In this document: piece by piece, positions 48,936 through 62,569 of the stretch | How the letters are laid out: each line of letters begins with the position of its first letter | Numbering within the stretch: the first letter of the stretch is position 1 | Origin: Camelus ferus | Taxonomy: Eukaryota | NCBI RefSeq assembly: GCF_009834535.1 | Contig: NC_045696.1 | Coordinates: 36,086,001-36,150,000 of the forward strand | Direction of reading: 5' to 3' | Length of the DNA: 64,000 nucleotides | The notes under the pieces: model-generated | What the model saw: only the letters and a program-made list of their open reading frames with translations | Told to the model about the DNA's origin: nothing | The model's database searches: none | Program-made: the position numbers and the translations under genes

Positions 48936-49547
48936 GATTTTTCTTGTTTTTCTTTTCTTCTCCAACTTGATCTCTGTCAGAAATCTCAAGAGCAGTCATC
49001 CTATCTTTCATCTCTCCCCCAAGAAATCCAGATGAGTTGGGTAATCTCCTTTAGCAATTACTAAAAAGAGAATATTCAAACAATTAGAATAAAATTTGTC
49101 TCAACACTACAAACCATGAGACCATGAGATTTTATTTCAAACCCTGTTTAAATGTGTCCTTGTAAAATATTATTGAATGAAGTAATTAATTTGGACTTGC
49201 AATTTTTAAAATTCTCCTGAGAGCTTCTATGGGATTAGAAACTATTTTTTTCATTTTCCTCACAGATGCAGCATAAAATATACCAGAAAACTAAAACACT
49301 ATACTCCTCACATCTGTTTTTCCTACTTTATACATCAAAGTCTTCAATTTTTTTCTTCCTTTTTTTTGGTTCTCTTTGTAATGCTGCAAAGAACCTTGTG
49401 AAACAAAATATTTTCAGTTTGCTACACTTGCATAGGAAATAAGTACTCACAAGTTAATTTTTAAAATGCTTTAAAGCTCTTATTTTGAAGATTTTTAGTC
49501 TTCCAGAAAAGTAGACAGAGTAATATAATAAATTTCCATATGCCCAT

Positions 49548-49886
49548 TGTGATGGTTAATTTTACATGTCAACTTTGCTCAGATTGGGCCAACCTTATTC
49601 TAGACATTTCTGTGGAGGTACTTTGGGATGAGATTAACTTTTAAAATGATGGATTTTGAGTAAAGCAGATTTCCTTTTATAATGTGGATGGGATTCATCT
49701 AATTAATTGAAGGCCTAAATAGTAGAAAAGACTGGCTTCCTTCAAGTAGGAGCAAATTCTGCCCATGGACAGCATTCAGACTTCAACTGTATCATTGTCT
49801 CTTCCTTGTCTTCAGCTTGCTGACCCATCCTACAGATTTTGGATTTGCCAGCCTCCATAATTGTGTGAGCCAATTCCTTAAAATAA

Positions 49887-49928
<42 letters not shown>

Positions 49929-49968
49929 CCTATTGGTTCTATTTCCCTGAAGAACTCTGAATGATACA
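49548..49968 (+). mobile_element. ERVL solo LTR (MLT2-type) with an internal (AC)n
   Basis: Starts TGTGATGGTTAATTTTACATGTCAACTT; GCCAGCCTCCATAATTGTGTGAGCCAATTCCTTAAAATAA; ends ATCCTATTGGTTCTATTTCCCTGAAGAACTCTGAATGATACA. Confidence 0.9.
49889..49926. repeat. Perfect (AC)19 microsatellite
   Basis: Uninterrupted AC run. Confidence 0.95.
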
Positions 49969-52300
49969 CAAAAATAACACCCATCATCACCATTAACAGT
50001 TGGCAATTGCTATGTTTACTTTATCAATTTTTGTGTGTAATAATTTAGAGTAAATACAGGCATCATGACATTTTATCCCTAAATAGGTCATTACATTACT
50101 TTCTGTAATCTCTGAAAGTAATATTTTCCTGCATAAGAAAAATTATTATCACATTTAACAAACTTAATAATTCTTTATAACATTTAATACTCACTTCATC
50201 TTAAAATTTTCCCAATAGTCAAAAAAATGTCTTGTTCAAACAAGAAGCCAATTAAGAACCAAATGTTATGTTGGGGTGTGATGAGACATAACATGTTATA
50301 GATGATGCTGTGTATCTCATATTGTATAAAATAAGCACAGAATGTCTGTACTATTCGTAATGCTAATATTGAACTCCCTGTTAAGGGGATGATGGCCTGA
50401 TCCCTCCTTTATGAAGTAACATCTTTTTCCCTTTGTGAGTTTCAAATAATCTTTGTGAGAATATTTTGGCATCTTATGAATACCTGCAGCACTCTTTCAT
50501 ATAGTGATTTCATCATCCATTAATGGTCCTTGCCTGAATCAAATATTTTATTAGAAGCTGCAAAAAGGTTAGCAGGATATCCAGTGATAATTTATTGTAG
50601 TATTACAAGAGAGCCAGTTCTATTCCCAGTCCCTTCCTAATTTGTTTAACTCTGAACATACTAGCATGGAAATTTGGGTTCTTATGGCTGCAATCAATAA
50701 AATCAAGTAAAAGAGAATTACTGTGGATGGAAAAAAGCCTACTTTAAGACCTGGTTTGTATAAGATGATAGGAGTATGAAAGAGTAGTAACAGAAATATT
50801 GATGTTCAGAAGTCCCAACCCCCGTTATCACCTTAAAAAAAACTACTTTGTATACATTACATGCAATTCTCTGATGGGATGAGGAACAGATAATAGATAA
50901 ATTATGCTTAGCAGTACAAACCAAAAGAACTAATAGCTTGAATTTTTCCCCCAGCCTTAATGAGGTTTAATTGACAAATAACTGATTATTTTCATAAAGA
51001 TCTAATTAAATTACATTTAGTGTATGCAACCTATTAACAACACTATTTTTACCTATTGTCATGTATTTTTGCATGGTTTGAAGAAATTTTAACCTTTTTT
51101 CTTCAATTTGTTTCTCCTATTCACTTTAAATCAAAGGTTTGAAACTCTGAGCTTCACCTCTTTGGCATTAGATCTTCACCTTTTTCCTACCACTGTGTAT
51201 CTTCTGCATATATAAACTTACCTTCAACTTTATTAAGTCTGTGATGAAGGAACATCCACTGAGGATGAATGGAAAAGATATTAAACTTGAGGGATATGGG
51301 AATTCAGAACTTAACATTCTGATAAAAGCAAGAAGATTCTGAGACAATACTGGAAAATAGCCAGTTCTGTCTAAGTTTTTGGTCTGCTCTAGTAGATTGT
51401 GGAGGTTTAATTAAGATCCCAGTAGGCTTTTGAACTCAGAATACTGATTCACACTCACTGAACCCTTTGAGGTTGGCTTATTGCTAATATTTTTCCATTT
51501 TAGGGTAAGATTTCCCACTGACACTAACCAACACCACCACCTCAATGTGGGTAAGTGGAACAGGAAGTTCAAGATCATTGCACTCTTGTAAAATGACTTA
51601 TTTATTGCTTTTACTTAATTCCTCACACATACTTTGTGGGCTTTCTGTTATTATTATTAGATTTTTAAGGTCTACTTTCCATGCAGTGGCCCTGATCTTC
51701 CTAGGAAAACCTTGAACAGCAGAGACAGCTGTTAAAAGAATGATCTCACTAATTAGTTTCATATTGGGAAAATAAATAGTGTAACAAGTAACTTACTTTA
51801 TTGTTTATTTCTTAAGGGATAGTGTGGAAAATGTCCACTCATGACTTAACTGCAATAAAATAAATAGGATTCAATTTGTGTGCTTTGGTTGACGAATTTT
51901 CTAAGAGCAGTACTGGTCCAAATTAAAATAAGAATCTGTCTAAGTTTGGTTGTTATTTATCTGTCTATTTATTTATCTTTTTAGTCCAAGAAAAATTCAG
52001 TGTTGAATAAATTATTCTCTGAAATCCAGATGGCATGCAACAGTCTGCTCCTTAGAGCAGAGCACTCCGGCATTCAGTCTGCGTGCCATTCAATCATGGG
52101 AAGTAATATGAGAAAAAGCATCTACTGAGAAACGACAGGTTTCTGTAGATTCTATATAAGTATTTCATACACTGACAATGGAGTCTACCCATTTCAATAT
52201 TTTTTTAGGTGGCACATTGCTTTCCTGAAATGTAGATCTCGTTTTTTTCATTCTATTTCCATTTTTCCTTTTCCCTTCTTCACCCAAGAACTTATTGCCG

Positions 52301-52672
52301 TATTATGGACTGCATGTTGCATTCTTCTAAAATTCATAATATGGAACCCTACTGGCCAAATGTGATGGTATTAGGAGGTGGGGCCTTTGGAAGGTGATTA
52401 GGATTAGATGAGGTCATAAGGGCAGACCCCTCATGAATGGGATTAGTGCTCTTACAAGAATCTCAGAGAGACTGCTTCTTTTTGCTCTCTGCCATGTGAG
52501 GACACTAGAAGATAGCCATCTACACGAGGAAGTGGGTTCTCACCAGACACTGGACTAGCAGGCGTCTTTGAGCCTGGATTTCCCAGCCTCCGGAACTGTG
52601 AAAAACAAATGTGTCTTATTTAAGCCACCTGGTCTGGGATAATTTATTCTAGCAGCTAGAACTGACTAAATT
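52301..52672 (+). mobile_element. ERVL-MaLR solo LTR (MLT1A/B-like)
   Basis: AATGTGATGGTATTAGGAGGTGGGGCCTTTGGAAGGTGATTAGG...CCTCATGAATGGGATTAGTGCTCTTA...CCAGCCTCCGGAACTGTGA. Confidence 0.9.
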
Positions 52673-53867
52673 GTCTAAACTAAATAATTGCATGTCACAT
52701 ACAAAAATAAGAACATTTTTGAAAAATAATGCTGGTCAAGGTCAACATTGCATAAAAATACTGTATTGCACCTCATTTAACGTTATTACTTCTTACTCAA
52801 AAGATCCAGTGTTCTGCAATTCACAAATTCATCATTTTTCTGGACAAGTTTAAAATTTTATGCCCGTCAGAATTATTATGTGGTTCAACACAACTTTGCT
52901 TTTCATTTTTGCCTGGCGCCAGTCAAAGTGAAGACAAACCCACAGTCAGTTCCTGCTGGGGCACAGAATGCCAATTTGTGTTCCCCTGTGATCACCACAG
53001 GCTAACTGGTGTCTAACCTGGGACGTCCTCAAGAACACTCAGCCATTTAGAAATGCCTTTCCTATGTTATGTCACCTCAGCCAGAAGAAAAGTGAGGAAG
53101 AAAGTGAGATCAAGAGAAATAGCGAGGAAAAGGAAGTGATTGAAGAGAAAAGAAAAAAGACAATAGTTAGGAAGTATGTACAGTGGATTTCTGATTTTCT
53201 TTGCAATGTTCGCTAACAAAGTCCTGGAATAAAGGACCACTGTAACATGCTGTGGAACTAGTAAACTATGTAAAAATGGGTAGTTTTACAGAGACCACTA
53301 ATTATAATAATGAATGCTCAAAACCAAATAAAATATTTTGTTGAATTTATTGTTTTATTAGGTATGTTATTAAATTTTAGCAAATATTTGAGATATTAAA
53401 ATAGTTAGATACTTTTAACACACCAATGTGAAAAAAAATGTGTCACATGTTTGCCTCAATGTATGACATTTAGCTATAGAGTAATTTAGGGGCTTTAATT
53501 TGCCTTCAAAATCCTTTCCAAAGCAATTTGTTATACTTTTCTTCTTTCCTTCTGTTTCTTACATCCAGCCACTTTTCACATTAAAAATAAGTTTTTTAAA
53601 AGTTTGTGCTAAAACTCCTGCCTTTCTTTGTAAGTAGGCACATTAGATTTAATATAAATAATATCCAGTAAATCAGTAAATCACTGAGCTACATATAAGC
53701 TCCTGTTGGGTTTTGCCCTTGCCTTTTTGGTGATTCTGAAGTAAAAGAAAAGTATTTATGATTGATTACTTGCTATGATAGACTACTGTAAGAGAAGATG
53801 TGATTAGTGGTAAACCAAAGAGAAGACTCCAATTTATACCCCATCAAAGCTTGTTAACCATCTATAG

Positions 53868-54366
53868 TGTGGCAAAATGTATTTTCAGAAAACATCCACA
53901 GCAATATTTCTTGTTACAAAGCAGTATTTTCAGATCCCCTGAAATTCCCCCAGCAAGAAGTAGAGTCTACTTTACCTCCACTTGAAATGGAGTGGGACAT
54001 CATAAATAAAATGCACCACAAGTGATGCTGTGTGACTTTGAGGCTGAGTTCTTAAAGGTGGCATGGCTTCTTCTTGGCTCTTTCTCAATCTCTTGGGACA
54101 CTCACCTTTGGGACCTACCCACCACATGGAACTTGTAAGTGTTCAACTGACATCCCCCACTAAAATCCTAGATGACTGCCAGCACCAGGTGCTGGACAGG
54201 TGAGTAAGTGACTCCAGTCCCCAGCCTTTTGGCTGCCCCGTTGACACTGAGTAGAGCAGAGACAAGCTGAACATGCTGCACTTTGGCCAGCTGAACGCCT
54301 GTGAGCAAAATCCACGTTGTTTTGTTTTTGAGCCACTAAGTGTTTTGGGTGTTGAGGGTTTGTTAT
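53868..54366 (+). mobile_element. Older MaLR LTR (MLT1G/H-like), cut at its 3' end by the next element
   Basis: AAGTGATGCTGTGTGACTTTGAGGCT, GAGTAGAGCAGAGACAAGCTG, TTTTGAGCCACTAAGTGTTTTGGG...TTTGTTAT. Confidence 0.75.
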
Positions 54367-54822
54367 TGTCATGGACGGAACTGTGTACGCCCAAAATCCA
54401 TATGTTCAAGCTCTAACCCCTCATGTGACTACATTTGGAGGTAGGGCTTTTAAGGAGATAACTAAGGTTAAATGAGGTCATATGGGCCTTTAATCCAACA
54501 GGGCTGATGTCCTTATAAGAGGAAGAGGCACTGTAGGCTCACTCTGTCTGTCTGTCTGTCTGTCTGCCTGTCTCTCTCTCTCTCCATGCACATACAGAGG
54601 AAAGACTATGTGAAAACAGAGTGAGAAGGTGGTCTTCTGCAAGCCAGGAAAAGAGAACTCACCAGAAACCAACCTATGGGCACCTTAATCTTGGATATCT
54701 AGCCTCCAGAACTGTGAGAAAATAAACTTCTGTTGTTTTAACCGCTTAGTCTATGGTATCTTATTATGGTGACCTGAGCAGACCAGCACAGACTTTGGTA
54801 TTATGAAGTGAGGTGCTACTGT

Positions 54823-54827
54823 AAAAA

Positions 54828-54899
<72 letters not shown>

Positions 54900-54912
54900 G
54901 TGTGTATGTATG
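54823..54912. repeat. Compound An-(TA)n-(TG)n microsatellite
   Basis: An A run, then about 23 TA units, then TG/TATG units. Confidence 0.95.
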
Positions 54913-55754
54913 ACAGAAACACTGCCATCTGGGACTAAAGAGGACAGATAAAATGGGATGGAATGAAGGAAGGCTGTTGGACTTCAGAGATTTCAGAGGC
55001 TAGGACAAAAGAAATTCCCAACTTTGAATATGCATTATTCTTTGAGAATTTGAAAAATCACCATGAAGGCAATTCAGAGACCATCAGGAATGCCACTCCC
55101 ACCAGCTTCAGGGGACAAATTGCTTCGTCAATGATTTCGGAGGGTGAGGCCACCCCCCATCAGTTTCTGCAGGCCAGGATGCTGCTGACAAGTGCTCAGG
55201 GGCAAGGCCACCACAAAGAACCACAAGGGTGAGACTGCCACCCAGAAATATGGGAGTGACACCACTACCACCCTTGGACTCAGACACAGAGCACTGAGCC
55301 AAAAAGGATTATTCTTAAGCTTTAAGATCTAATGGAATTTGACTTGATTAGTACCTGTCACCCCTTTTTTGTTTCCAATTTCTCCCTTCTGGAATGGGAC
55401 TGTCTATTCTATGTATATCCTATCATTGTATTTTGGAAGCACATAACTTTTCTAATTTCAGAGGATCACAGCTAGAGAGGAATTCTGAGTCAGGAAAAAT
55501 CATACCTCAAGTCTCACCTGTACCTTATTTACATGAATTTAAATGAGACTTTAGATTTGGAATTGATGCTGGAATGAGTTACTATTTGGGAGGTGGGGTG
55601 GATCTGTTGAGATAGGGTGAATGTATGGTATATGAGAAGGACATGAATTTAAGGAGTGAGAGGGCAGAATGTTATGAATTAGGCCCTAACCCCCAGTGCG
55701 GCTGTATTTGGAAATAGGGCCTCTAAGGAGGTAATTAAGATTAAATGAGGTCTT

Positions 55755-56183
55755 AAAAAAGAATGAAATTTTGCCATTTGCAACATGGATGAACTTGGTA
55801 GGTATTAGATTTAATGAAATGTCGGATAGAGAATGACAAATACTCTATGATATCACTTATATGTGGAATCTAAAAAATAAAACAAATGAACGAATATAAC
55901 AAAAAAATAAACAGAGTTATAGGGAACAAACTAGTGGTTACCAGTGGGGAGAGGGAAGCAGGGAGGAGCAAAATATGGGTAGGGAATTAAGAAGTAGAAA
56001 CTACTATGTATAAATAAACAAGCTACAATTATACAACACAGGGAATTTAGCCAATATTTTATAATAACTGCATGGAGTACAATCTTTAAACATTGTGAGT
56101 CACTATATTGTATACCTGAAGCTTATGTAAATTGTAAATCAACTATACTTCAATTCAAAAAAAGCAAAAAAAAAAAAAAAAAA
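55755..56183 (+). mobile_element. L1 3' end with poly(A), inserted in the MaLR 3'LTR
   Basis: AAAAAAGAATGAAATTTTGCCATTTGCAACATGGATG...TATCACTTATATGTGGAATCTAAAAAA...TGTAAATCAACTATACTTCAAT plus an A tail. Confidence 0.9.
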
Positions 56184-56279
56184 GGATTCTATAATCTAGT
56201 GCCCTTATAAGAGGAAGAGACACCAGAAGAACGAACACACAGAGAAAGGGCTTTATGAGGACACAGCAAGAAGCTAAAC

Positions 56280-56680
56280 ATTAAAATCTTCAACTATAAT
56301 TGTCGGTTTGTCTATTTACCCTTTTATTTCTGCCCATTTTGGTTTTAATAATTTGAAGCCCTGTTATTAGGAGCATACATATTCTGAATTCATATATTTT
56401 CTTCATAGAGTTACCCTTTTATCAATATGTACTATCCTTTATCCCTGTAAATAGACTTTGTTCAGAAGTTTACTTTTCCTGATATTAGTACAATCAAACC
56501 AACTTCCTTATGTTTAAAATTTACCCAGTTTCTCTATTTTCCACTATGTGGCTTTAACATAGATATGTCTTTATATCTATAGTGAGTTTCTTATAGTCAA
56601 CATATAGATAGGGTTTGCTTTTTCATACTGACAACTCTACCTTTAATTAGTGTGCTTATACTATTTATATATAGTGTGGA
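56280..56680 (-). mobile_element. Old L1 ORF2 5' (endonuclease-region) fragment
   Basis: AAAATCTTCAACTATAATTGTCGGTTTGTCTATTT...TTGAAGCCCTGTTATTAGGAGCATACATATT...AGTGAGTTTCTTATAGTCAACATATAG. Confidence 0.75.
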
Positions 56681-58010
56681 TTAAAATGAATATAACAAGT
56701 ATAAAGTTAATTATAAAGTAAATTTATACAAATAAAATCTCACTTTATCTGTTGAAATTCTGAATAAGATATTTTTGAAATGATTTTGCCACCAAAATTA
56801 TTTCTAAGCCACAGAAGGTCTTGTTTTGATTGATTAATACCTTTTGGTCAAGTGGGTTAGTTCTGATTGATCTGAACTGCGATGTCTTAGCAGATGCTCC
56901 AATGAACTCCTATTTCTTATTATAGAGATGGGTCACTGTTTCTCACTTATGTTAATGGTACAACAATACATTTCCAGAACTAATTCTGCCAACATCTGGT
57001 AAGTCTACCATGATCATGTGCCTTTGAGACCTTTAATTTTACTAAAGTGAAAAATGAAAGGGAAACTGGTTTCTCATAAACTTTGCTTCTCTCCAGAAGT
57101 TTGTTCTGGCTTCACCATCTTACAAATCTAAGTCTCCATTCTAATACCTAGAATATAAAATGATATCATCTTTCTCAAAAGGGTTTAAAGAGCGTGGTCA
57201 CAAGAGAGCAGGTGATATTTGCCAAAGTTTCCATTAATTCTATTTCTCTGAATACAAATCTTGTCTTTATATTACCTTCCTTTTCTGAAAGTACATTCAT
57301 ATTATACATGAGATATTTTTTCTCTTCTCCTTCATTTGATAGATTTAACTGCAGAAAAGCAGAATGCTAATATTATTTACAGTCAAACCCAATTACCTTT
57401 AAAGGATGGCATCATTTTCTCAGCTTTAAAATAGATAAAAATACAAATAATAACAAATTGATGTAACAAACAGCATTAGGCTTAAGCATTTTTACTGTAC
57501 ATTTCAAGTTGGTGTTAGCTAGAAAATGACAGGTCGGGGCCAGAGGGTGTGGGAATACTGCATGGAAAATAACAAAAGTTCACTCTCTTTTAATTGAATG
57601 AATGTGACTCAATTTTTGAGCTCCTATGTTTACTCTAGAAAATTCCCTCATTTAGTTATTTGTCTGTAAAAATGAAGAAATTCAATGGAGAATTTCAATA
57701 CACCAAATCTACACTTGCAGATAATTTTTTGATGGATCTGAACCTAGAGTTCTTAATTTACATAATTAATTGTGCAGTTTTTAATTCATCTAAGCTGCTA
57801 CATATTTGTTTAAACTCTAATAAAACAACATTTTGAAATTTGAATAGAACTTAGAGATTATCTAGTCTTATTATATTACTTTAGAGTGATGCAGATTTAG
57901 GTTTCAAGAAAAGTTGAAACGCTTGTCAAAGACATCGCTGTTAGTTTGCCAAACTGGGATCAGAACCCACATCTAATGACTTAAAATAATGATAATAATA
58001 TGTTAGAATG

Positions 58011-58855
58011 CAGTCATCCCCCATTATTCATGGTATTGCCTTCCATAATTTCAGTTGCCCACAGTCAATAGCAGTACAAAAATATTAAATGGACAATTTC
58101 AGAAATAAACAATTCTTAGTTTTACATTGCAAGCTGTTCTGAATAGCCTGATGAAATTTCTCACTGTATCACTCTGTCCAGTCCCAGGATGTGAAACATC
58201 CCTTTGTCCAGTGTAACCTGCCCGTTATTTACTTAGTAGCCGTCTGGGTTATTAGATCAATTGTCTCGGTATCACTGTGCCTGTGTTAAAGTAAGCCTTG
58301 TTTTACTTAATATATAGCCCCAAAGTGTAAGAGTAGTGATACAGGCAATTCAGATATGCCAAAGAGAAGCCATGAAGTGCTTTATTTAAGTGAAAAGGTG
58401 AAAGTTCTTGACTGAATAAGGAAAGAGAAAAAATCATATTCTGAAGTTGCTAAAATCTATATAAGAACAAACCTACTATCCATGAAATTGAGAATCAGGT
58501 AAAAGAAATTGTGCTAGTTTTGCTGTCGCACCTCAGACTGCCAAAGTTATGGCCATAGTACGTAATAAGTGCCTAGTTAAGATGGAAAAGGTATTAAATT
58601 TGTACAATAAGATATTCCAAGAGAAAGACCACTATTGTATATCACATATTATATGTCATATATTGTTATAATTGTTCTATTTTATTATCAGTTATTGTTA
58701 ATCTCTAACTGTGCCTAATTTATAAAATAAACTTTTTCATAGGTATGCATGTCTAGTAAAAAAATAGTAGATATAGGGTATAGGTACATCTGTGGTTTCA
58801 GATATCCACTAGAGATCTTGAAACAGACCCCCCCATGGATTAGGAGGGACTACTG
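58011..58855 (+). mobile_element. TcMar-Tigger DNA transposon deletion derivative (Tigger7/MER44-type)
   Basis: Imperfect TIRs CAGTCATCCCCCATTATTC / GGATTAGGAGGGACTACTG, followed by TA. Contains a decayed transposase N-terminus from ATG 58356: MPKRSHEVLYLSEKVKVLD*IRKEKKSYSEVAKIY (CENP-B-like HTH). Confidence 0.88.
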
Positions 58856-60719
58856 TAATAGAGTACATTACAATTAGAAAAACACTCCCAATCAAACTTT
58901 GTTTTATCTAATCCACTTTCGACCATACCAGGTTGTTTTTTCCCTCAATTTCGTTTCTCCTGTTTATTCTAAGTAATTGTATGATTATACAGAACAAACT
59001 ATTTCACTTTCCTTTTACCTAGCTGCTTTTTACTTAAATGGAACAGCTCATCTTCTTAAGATGAATGCCATTCTTCCATCTTAAGCAAAGTGACTTCCTT
59101 ACATGACAATCAGTAACATTCAGATTTATTGACCCTGACAAATGAGAACAGTGAATTTTTAACTTACATTTTTTAACCATTGAAATGTTTCTTGATTAGG
59201 AAATGATTTTCTACAGTCATTTGGTCTAAGCTAAAATTCAATCATTCATTTATATAAAATCCTTTATTTGTATAGTAGTTTTTTTTCCTAAAGTACTTAT
59301 CAGAAGGATATGAAGTGATCTTTGAAAAGCGTTCTAACGTACTACAATGGCAGAAAATATAAGGCTAAGTCACTTTATTCTATTTCATAGTAAATTGTTC
59401 ACTATTCTGCTTTTTTAAACATTTTCTTCTAAGCTTCTATTATATAAAATGTTGGTGGTTGTTATCTTGAGAGAAAAGAGATACTTGCAGAACAGAACCG
59501 AAATTATAATAAGTGTCTCTAGCGGGGATTAGAATATAAGAAAAAGAAAGGAAACATGCTGATTTGAATAACAGATGGAATTTGTTGACACTCAAACCCA
59601 TCATTTTAACTTTTGGGGGGAAGTACCAAAGATAGATATGCTGAAAACAGAAAAAAAAAAGCACACTATTAAATAGCACAATATTAAATTGTTTCATACA
59701 ACATTTATTTATGTCTACAAGGTGCAACAAATTATATGAGACCGTGTCCCAAAATTAGATTGATCTGCAAATAAATTTGAGTTTATACATGTAGACATAG
59801 AATGTCCCTCTACCTGATTTACATTTATGCTTGTCTGTATTTATTTACTTCCTCTCACATTAAAACTGTGATCTGTAAGATTTTGTATTTATAAGGTAAG
59901 AAGAATAATTTAATTCATATCTCAGGTGTGATTTATTTTTCTTCCTGACTAGGGAAATGGGCTAATTCTCAGATTATCTGGCATAATATATGGTTTCATT
60001 ATCTTTGTTTATTCAGATATTATTCAATTATCAATTTGATGATAACTATAAGACACAAGCTAGTAAAAAGGAGTTTTTCATTTTGATATCAAGAAGTCAT
60101 TAGGATTAACAAGTTAATGTTTATCAAACTACTCTGAACACTCATGTGTATGATTCTGCATTAGTTCAAAGGATTATCTGGTAAACCAAATTAACAGAGG
60201 TGAACAGCATGGCAAAACAAGAATCATCTGCTTTAGGAATTAAGTAATTATATATAATTAATGGAAAGGAATAATAATTAGTGAATATATAATACTTACA
60301 CAATAATCAGTTAACACTTAAAAAATAATTAACTTTCCTAATGACCATTTTCAACAGAATTAATGTAGTTTGCATGAGTAGCTGGTGACAACTAAAATAC
60401 TAATAGCTGCTCATTACAGCATTGCCAGAGGGGGTGGAAAGAAGACAGTTGAGAGCTAAGCTTCGTATTTTTCATTAGAATACTCTTCATGGTTCTTTCG
60501 CTGAAAAATAATAATTCTCCAGAAAATTTAGCTTTGGTAGAAATTTAAGTATTAAAAAATATATACATACACTTATATGTATATGATATATATGATACAA
60601 ATACATATCTGTATTTATAATTACTGTTCTTAAATGTATTAATTTCAGAGGAAGTAATTTTTAAACTATCTCAGTATCATCTTTGACACTTTCTCTTTCC
60701 TTCTCCTTATATTCAGTCA

Positions 60720-61030
60720 GTTACCAATTTGTATATTTTTTCCCTTCTAGACCTACTTCAGTTTTTCCAGTCCATGTTCCCTTTACTACATGATCTCCTC
60801 TAGGTGTCTTGCTTTGTTCTAAACGCCTACATTTTATTTTATACATAGTCAGCAATCTTGTTTTTCCCCTAAAACACGGTTTATAACTAGTCTTAACCAA
60901 CTCAAAAAGTATCAGTGTTTCCCCATTGCTTATAAGGTAAAGCCCCAGCACTGCAGCCTGGCATTCAGTCTGATCAAAGTCCAATCCAGCTTCCTTCTCA
61001 AATCTTACTTCACTCTTCTTTCTATTCCTG
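60720..61030 (+). mobile_element. L2 fragment
   Basis: Pyrimidine-rich; CATAGTCAGCAATCTTGTTTTTCCCCTAAAACAC...TCAGTGTTTCCCCATTGCTTATAAGGTAAAGCCC...GCCTGGCATTCA. Confidence 0.6.
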
Positions 61031-61815
61031 CTTCTTAACTGGTTCTTGCATGAATTAGGTGGCTACCCTTCTTTTCCTAAAGTTAATAATGCAGATAGTC
61101 AGTGGTACAGTGATGATCAAAACTCAAAGTACTCTTAGTTGCCAGCTATTGTGATGATCTTGCAAACTATGCTTAGCTTTTTCATTAGGATAAGTATTCA
61201 GAAAAATAACTAGTTACTAGTTAGCACCAGAAAGAGAACTGTCTTTGTCAAGAAAACAATAAGACAAACCTTCCTGCTTCTAAGTGCTCTATAATTATTG
61301 CCAACTCTTTCTAGGCAGAGAGTATATGTTGTATGAGTTTTCTTCTTTTTCTTATCCTTGACTTTTGGACATTTGCCACTTGGGTAGACCCAGGGTTGCC
61401 CATCTTAGACTTTTACAGATTGTTCATGGCAGGGCATCTACTGAGAGTCTTTTTGGAACATGACATCTAGCTAAACTACAAGAGAGAAAAGTGTGAGAGA
61501 CTAACTTAGCCCACAATACTGTCTCAAAAGCTACTGGGGCATTACTGTAGTAAGAGGAAGATTATATTAAGAGATGGGTCTCCTGAGAAGGTGAAAAAGA
61601 CAAAAAGACAGGATGAATTCAACACGGTGTGGTGTTAGGTACAGGGAAACTTGAAGTTATTTAGTCCAAAAGCCTTATCTTGCAAACAAGGTCCAGAAGA
61701 CGTGGAGTAACTAGTATAGTGTTCTATAGCGAGTCAATGAGTGTGATATAATTTAAAAGTGAGCCTTCTGACTGCTGGTTGGTCCACAGTTTTCCCACCA
61801 ATCCACACTCTATAT

Positions 61816-62547
61816 CAAGGGTCTCCAAAGTGGAGGGTATGCACCTCAGGATGTGAATAAACCAAGCCACTATACTAAGTATAGAAAATGTTGGCATTTC
61901 TAATTATATTTACTTTTTAAATTTAAAAGAACAAAAGAAATACAAAATTAAGCTTTACAAGATTTTAATATACAGATTGACACTAGTCACCTCAGTGGAG
62001 CAATATATATTCAGATGTTCATGTCACCTACAGTTTTCAGCTATTCTGAGAGAAAAGTGGAACATCTACAGTTAGGAGAAACGGGACAGCGTTTCCTTCA
62101 CTTACGCGTTTGCTTTCATCTCATCGATGCATGAAGTAGTCTGCATTTGTGCCAGAAAGTGGATTTTTAGATTATGTTACTCAATTTTAACCAACAGGTG
62201 AACTTATAAATTGTATTATCCAGTTTCAACTAAATTAAACCTACATAAAATGGGCAAGCGGCTAGGATTACATTACTGCTAATCCAAGTATAAGAACCTC
62301 ACTGGTCACATTGCAAAATAAAATCAGTTAAAGTCTAATCAGATCTGTCAAGATATCAACATAGAAATATTAAAATCATTAAGAAAACAATTAAAAATCT
62401 GAGCATATATCCACTGCCAATAACAAATAATTTCACCCTAAATGTATATTTTGCATTGAGACATTGCTTAAGGATAATGGTATTTGTAAATTATAATAGA
62501 TAAATGAATAAATAGCTGGTATAATCAAAAATATTTGGAGACCACTG
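61816..62547 (+). mobile_element. hAT-Charlie DNA transposon deletion derivative (Charlie7-like)
   Basis: TIRs CAAGGGTCTCCAAA / TTTGGAGACCACTG; 8-bp TSD-like CTCTATAT / CTCTAGTT, close to the Charlie NTCTAGAN target preference. Confidence 0.8.
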
Positions 62548-62569
62548 CTCTAGTTAAGAAGATGGGTAA

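Larger units (their letters stand above)
49455..50570 (-). mobile_element. Old L1 (L1M-type) 3' fragments, interrupted by an MLT2 LTR
   Basis: TTATTTTGAAGATTTTTAGTCTTCCAGAAAAGT; AGGCATCATGACATTTTATCCCTAAATA; ATAGTGATTTCATCATCCATTAATGGTCCTTGCCTGAATCAA. Confidence 0.6.
54367..56273 (+). mobile_element. Two-LTR MaLR proviral remnant (MLT1A/B or MST-like): 5'LTR 54367-54790, internal 54791-55669, partial 3'LTR 55670-56273
   Basis: The 5'LTR is followed by GACTTTGGTATTATGAAGTGAGGTGCTACTGTAA (MaLR-int start). MaLR-int 3' text (TCTCCCTTCTGGAATGGGA...ATTGTATTTTGGAAG) and a polypurine tract at 55651-55669 precede a second LTR that repeats CTAACCCC...TTTGGA...TTAAATGAGGTC...CTTATAAGAGGAAGAG. Confidence 0.85.

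Noticed and set aside
58356..58600. Domesticated Tigger/CENP-B-like gene
   Set aside because: It has an in-frame stop after about 19 codons and further frameshifts, and the catalytic region is deleted.
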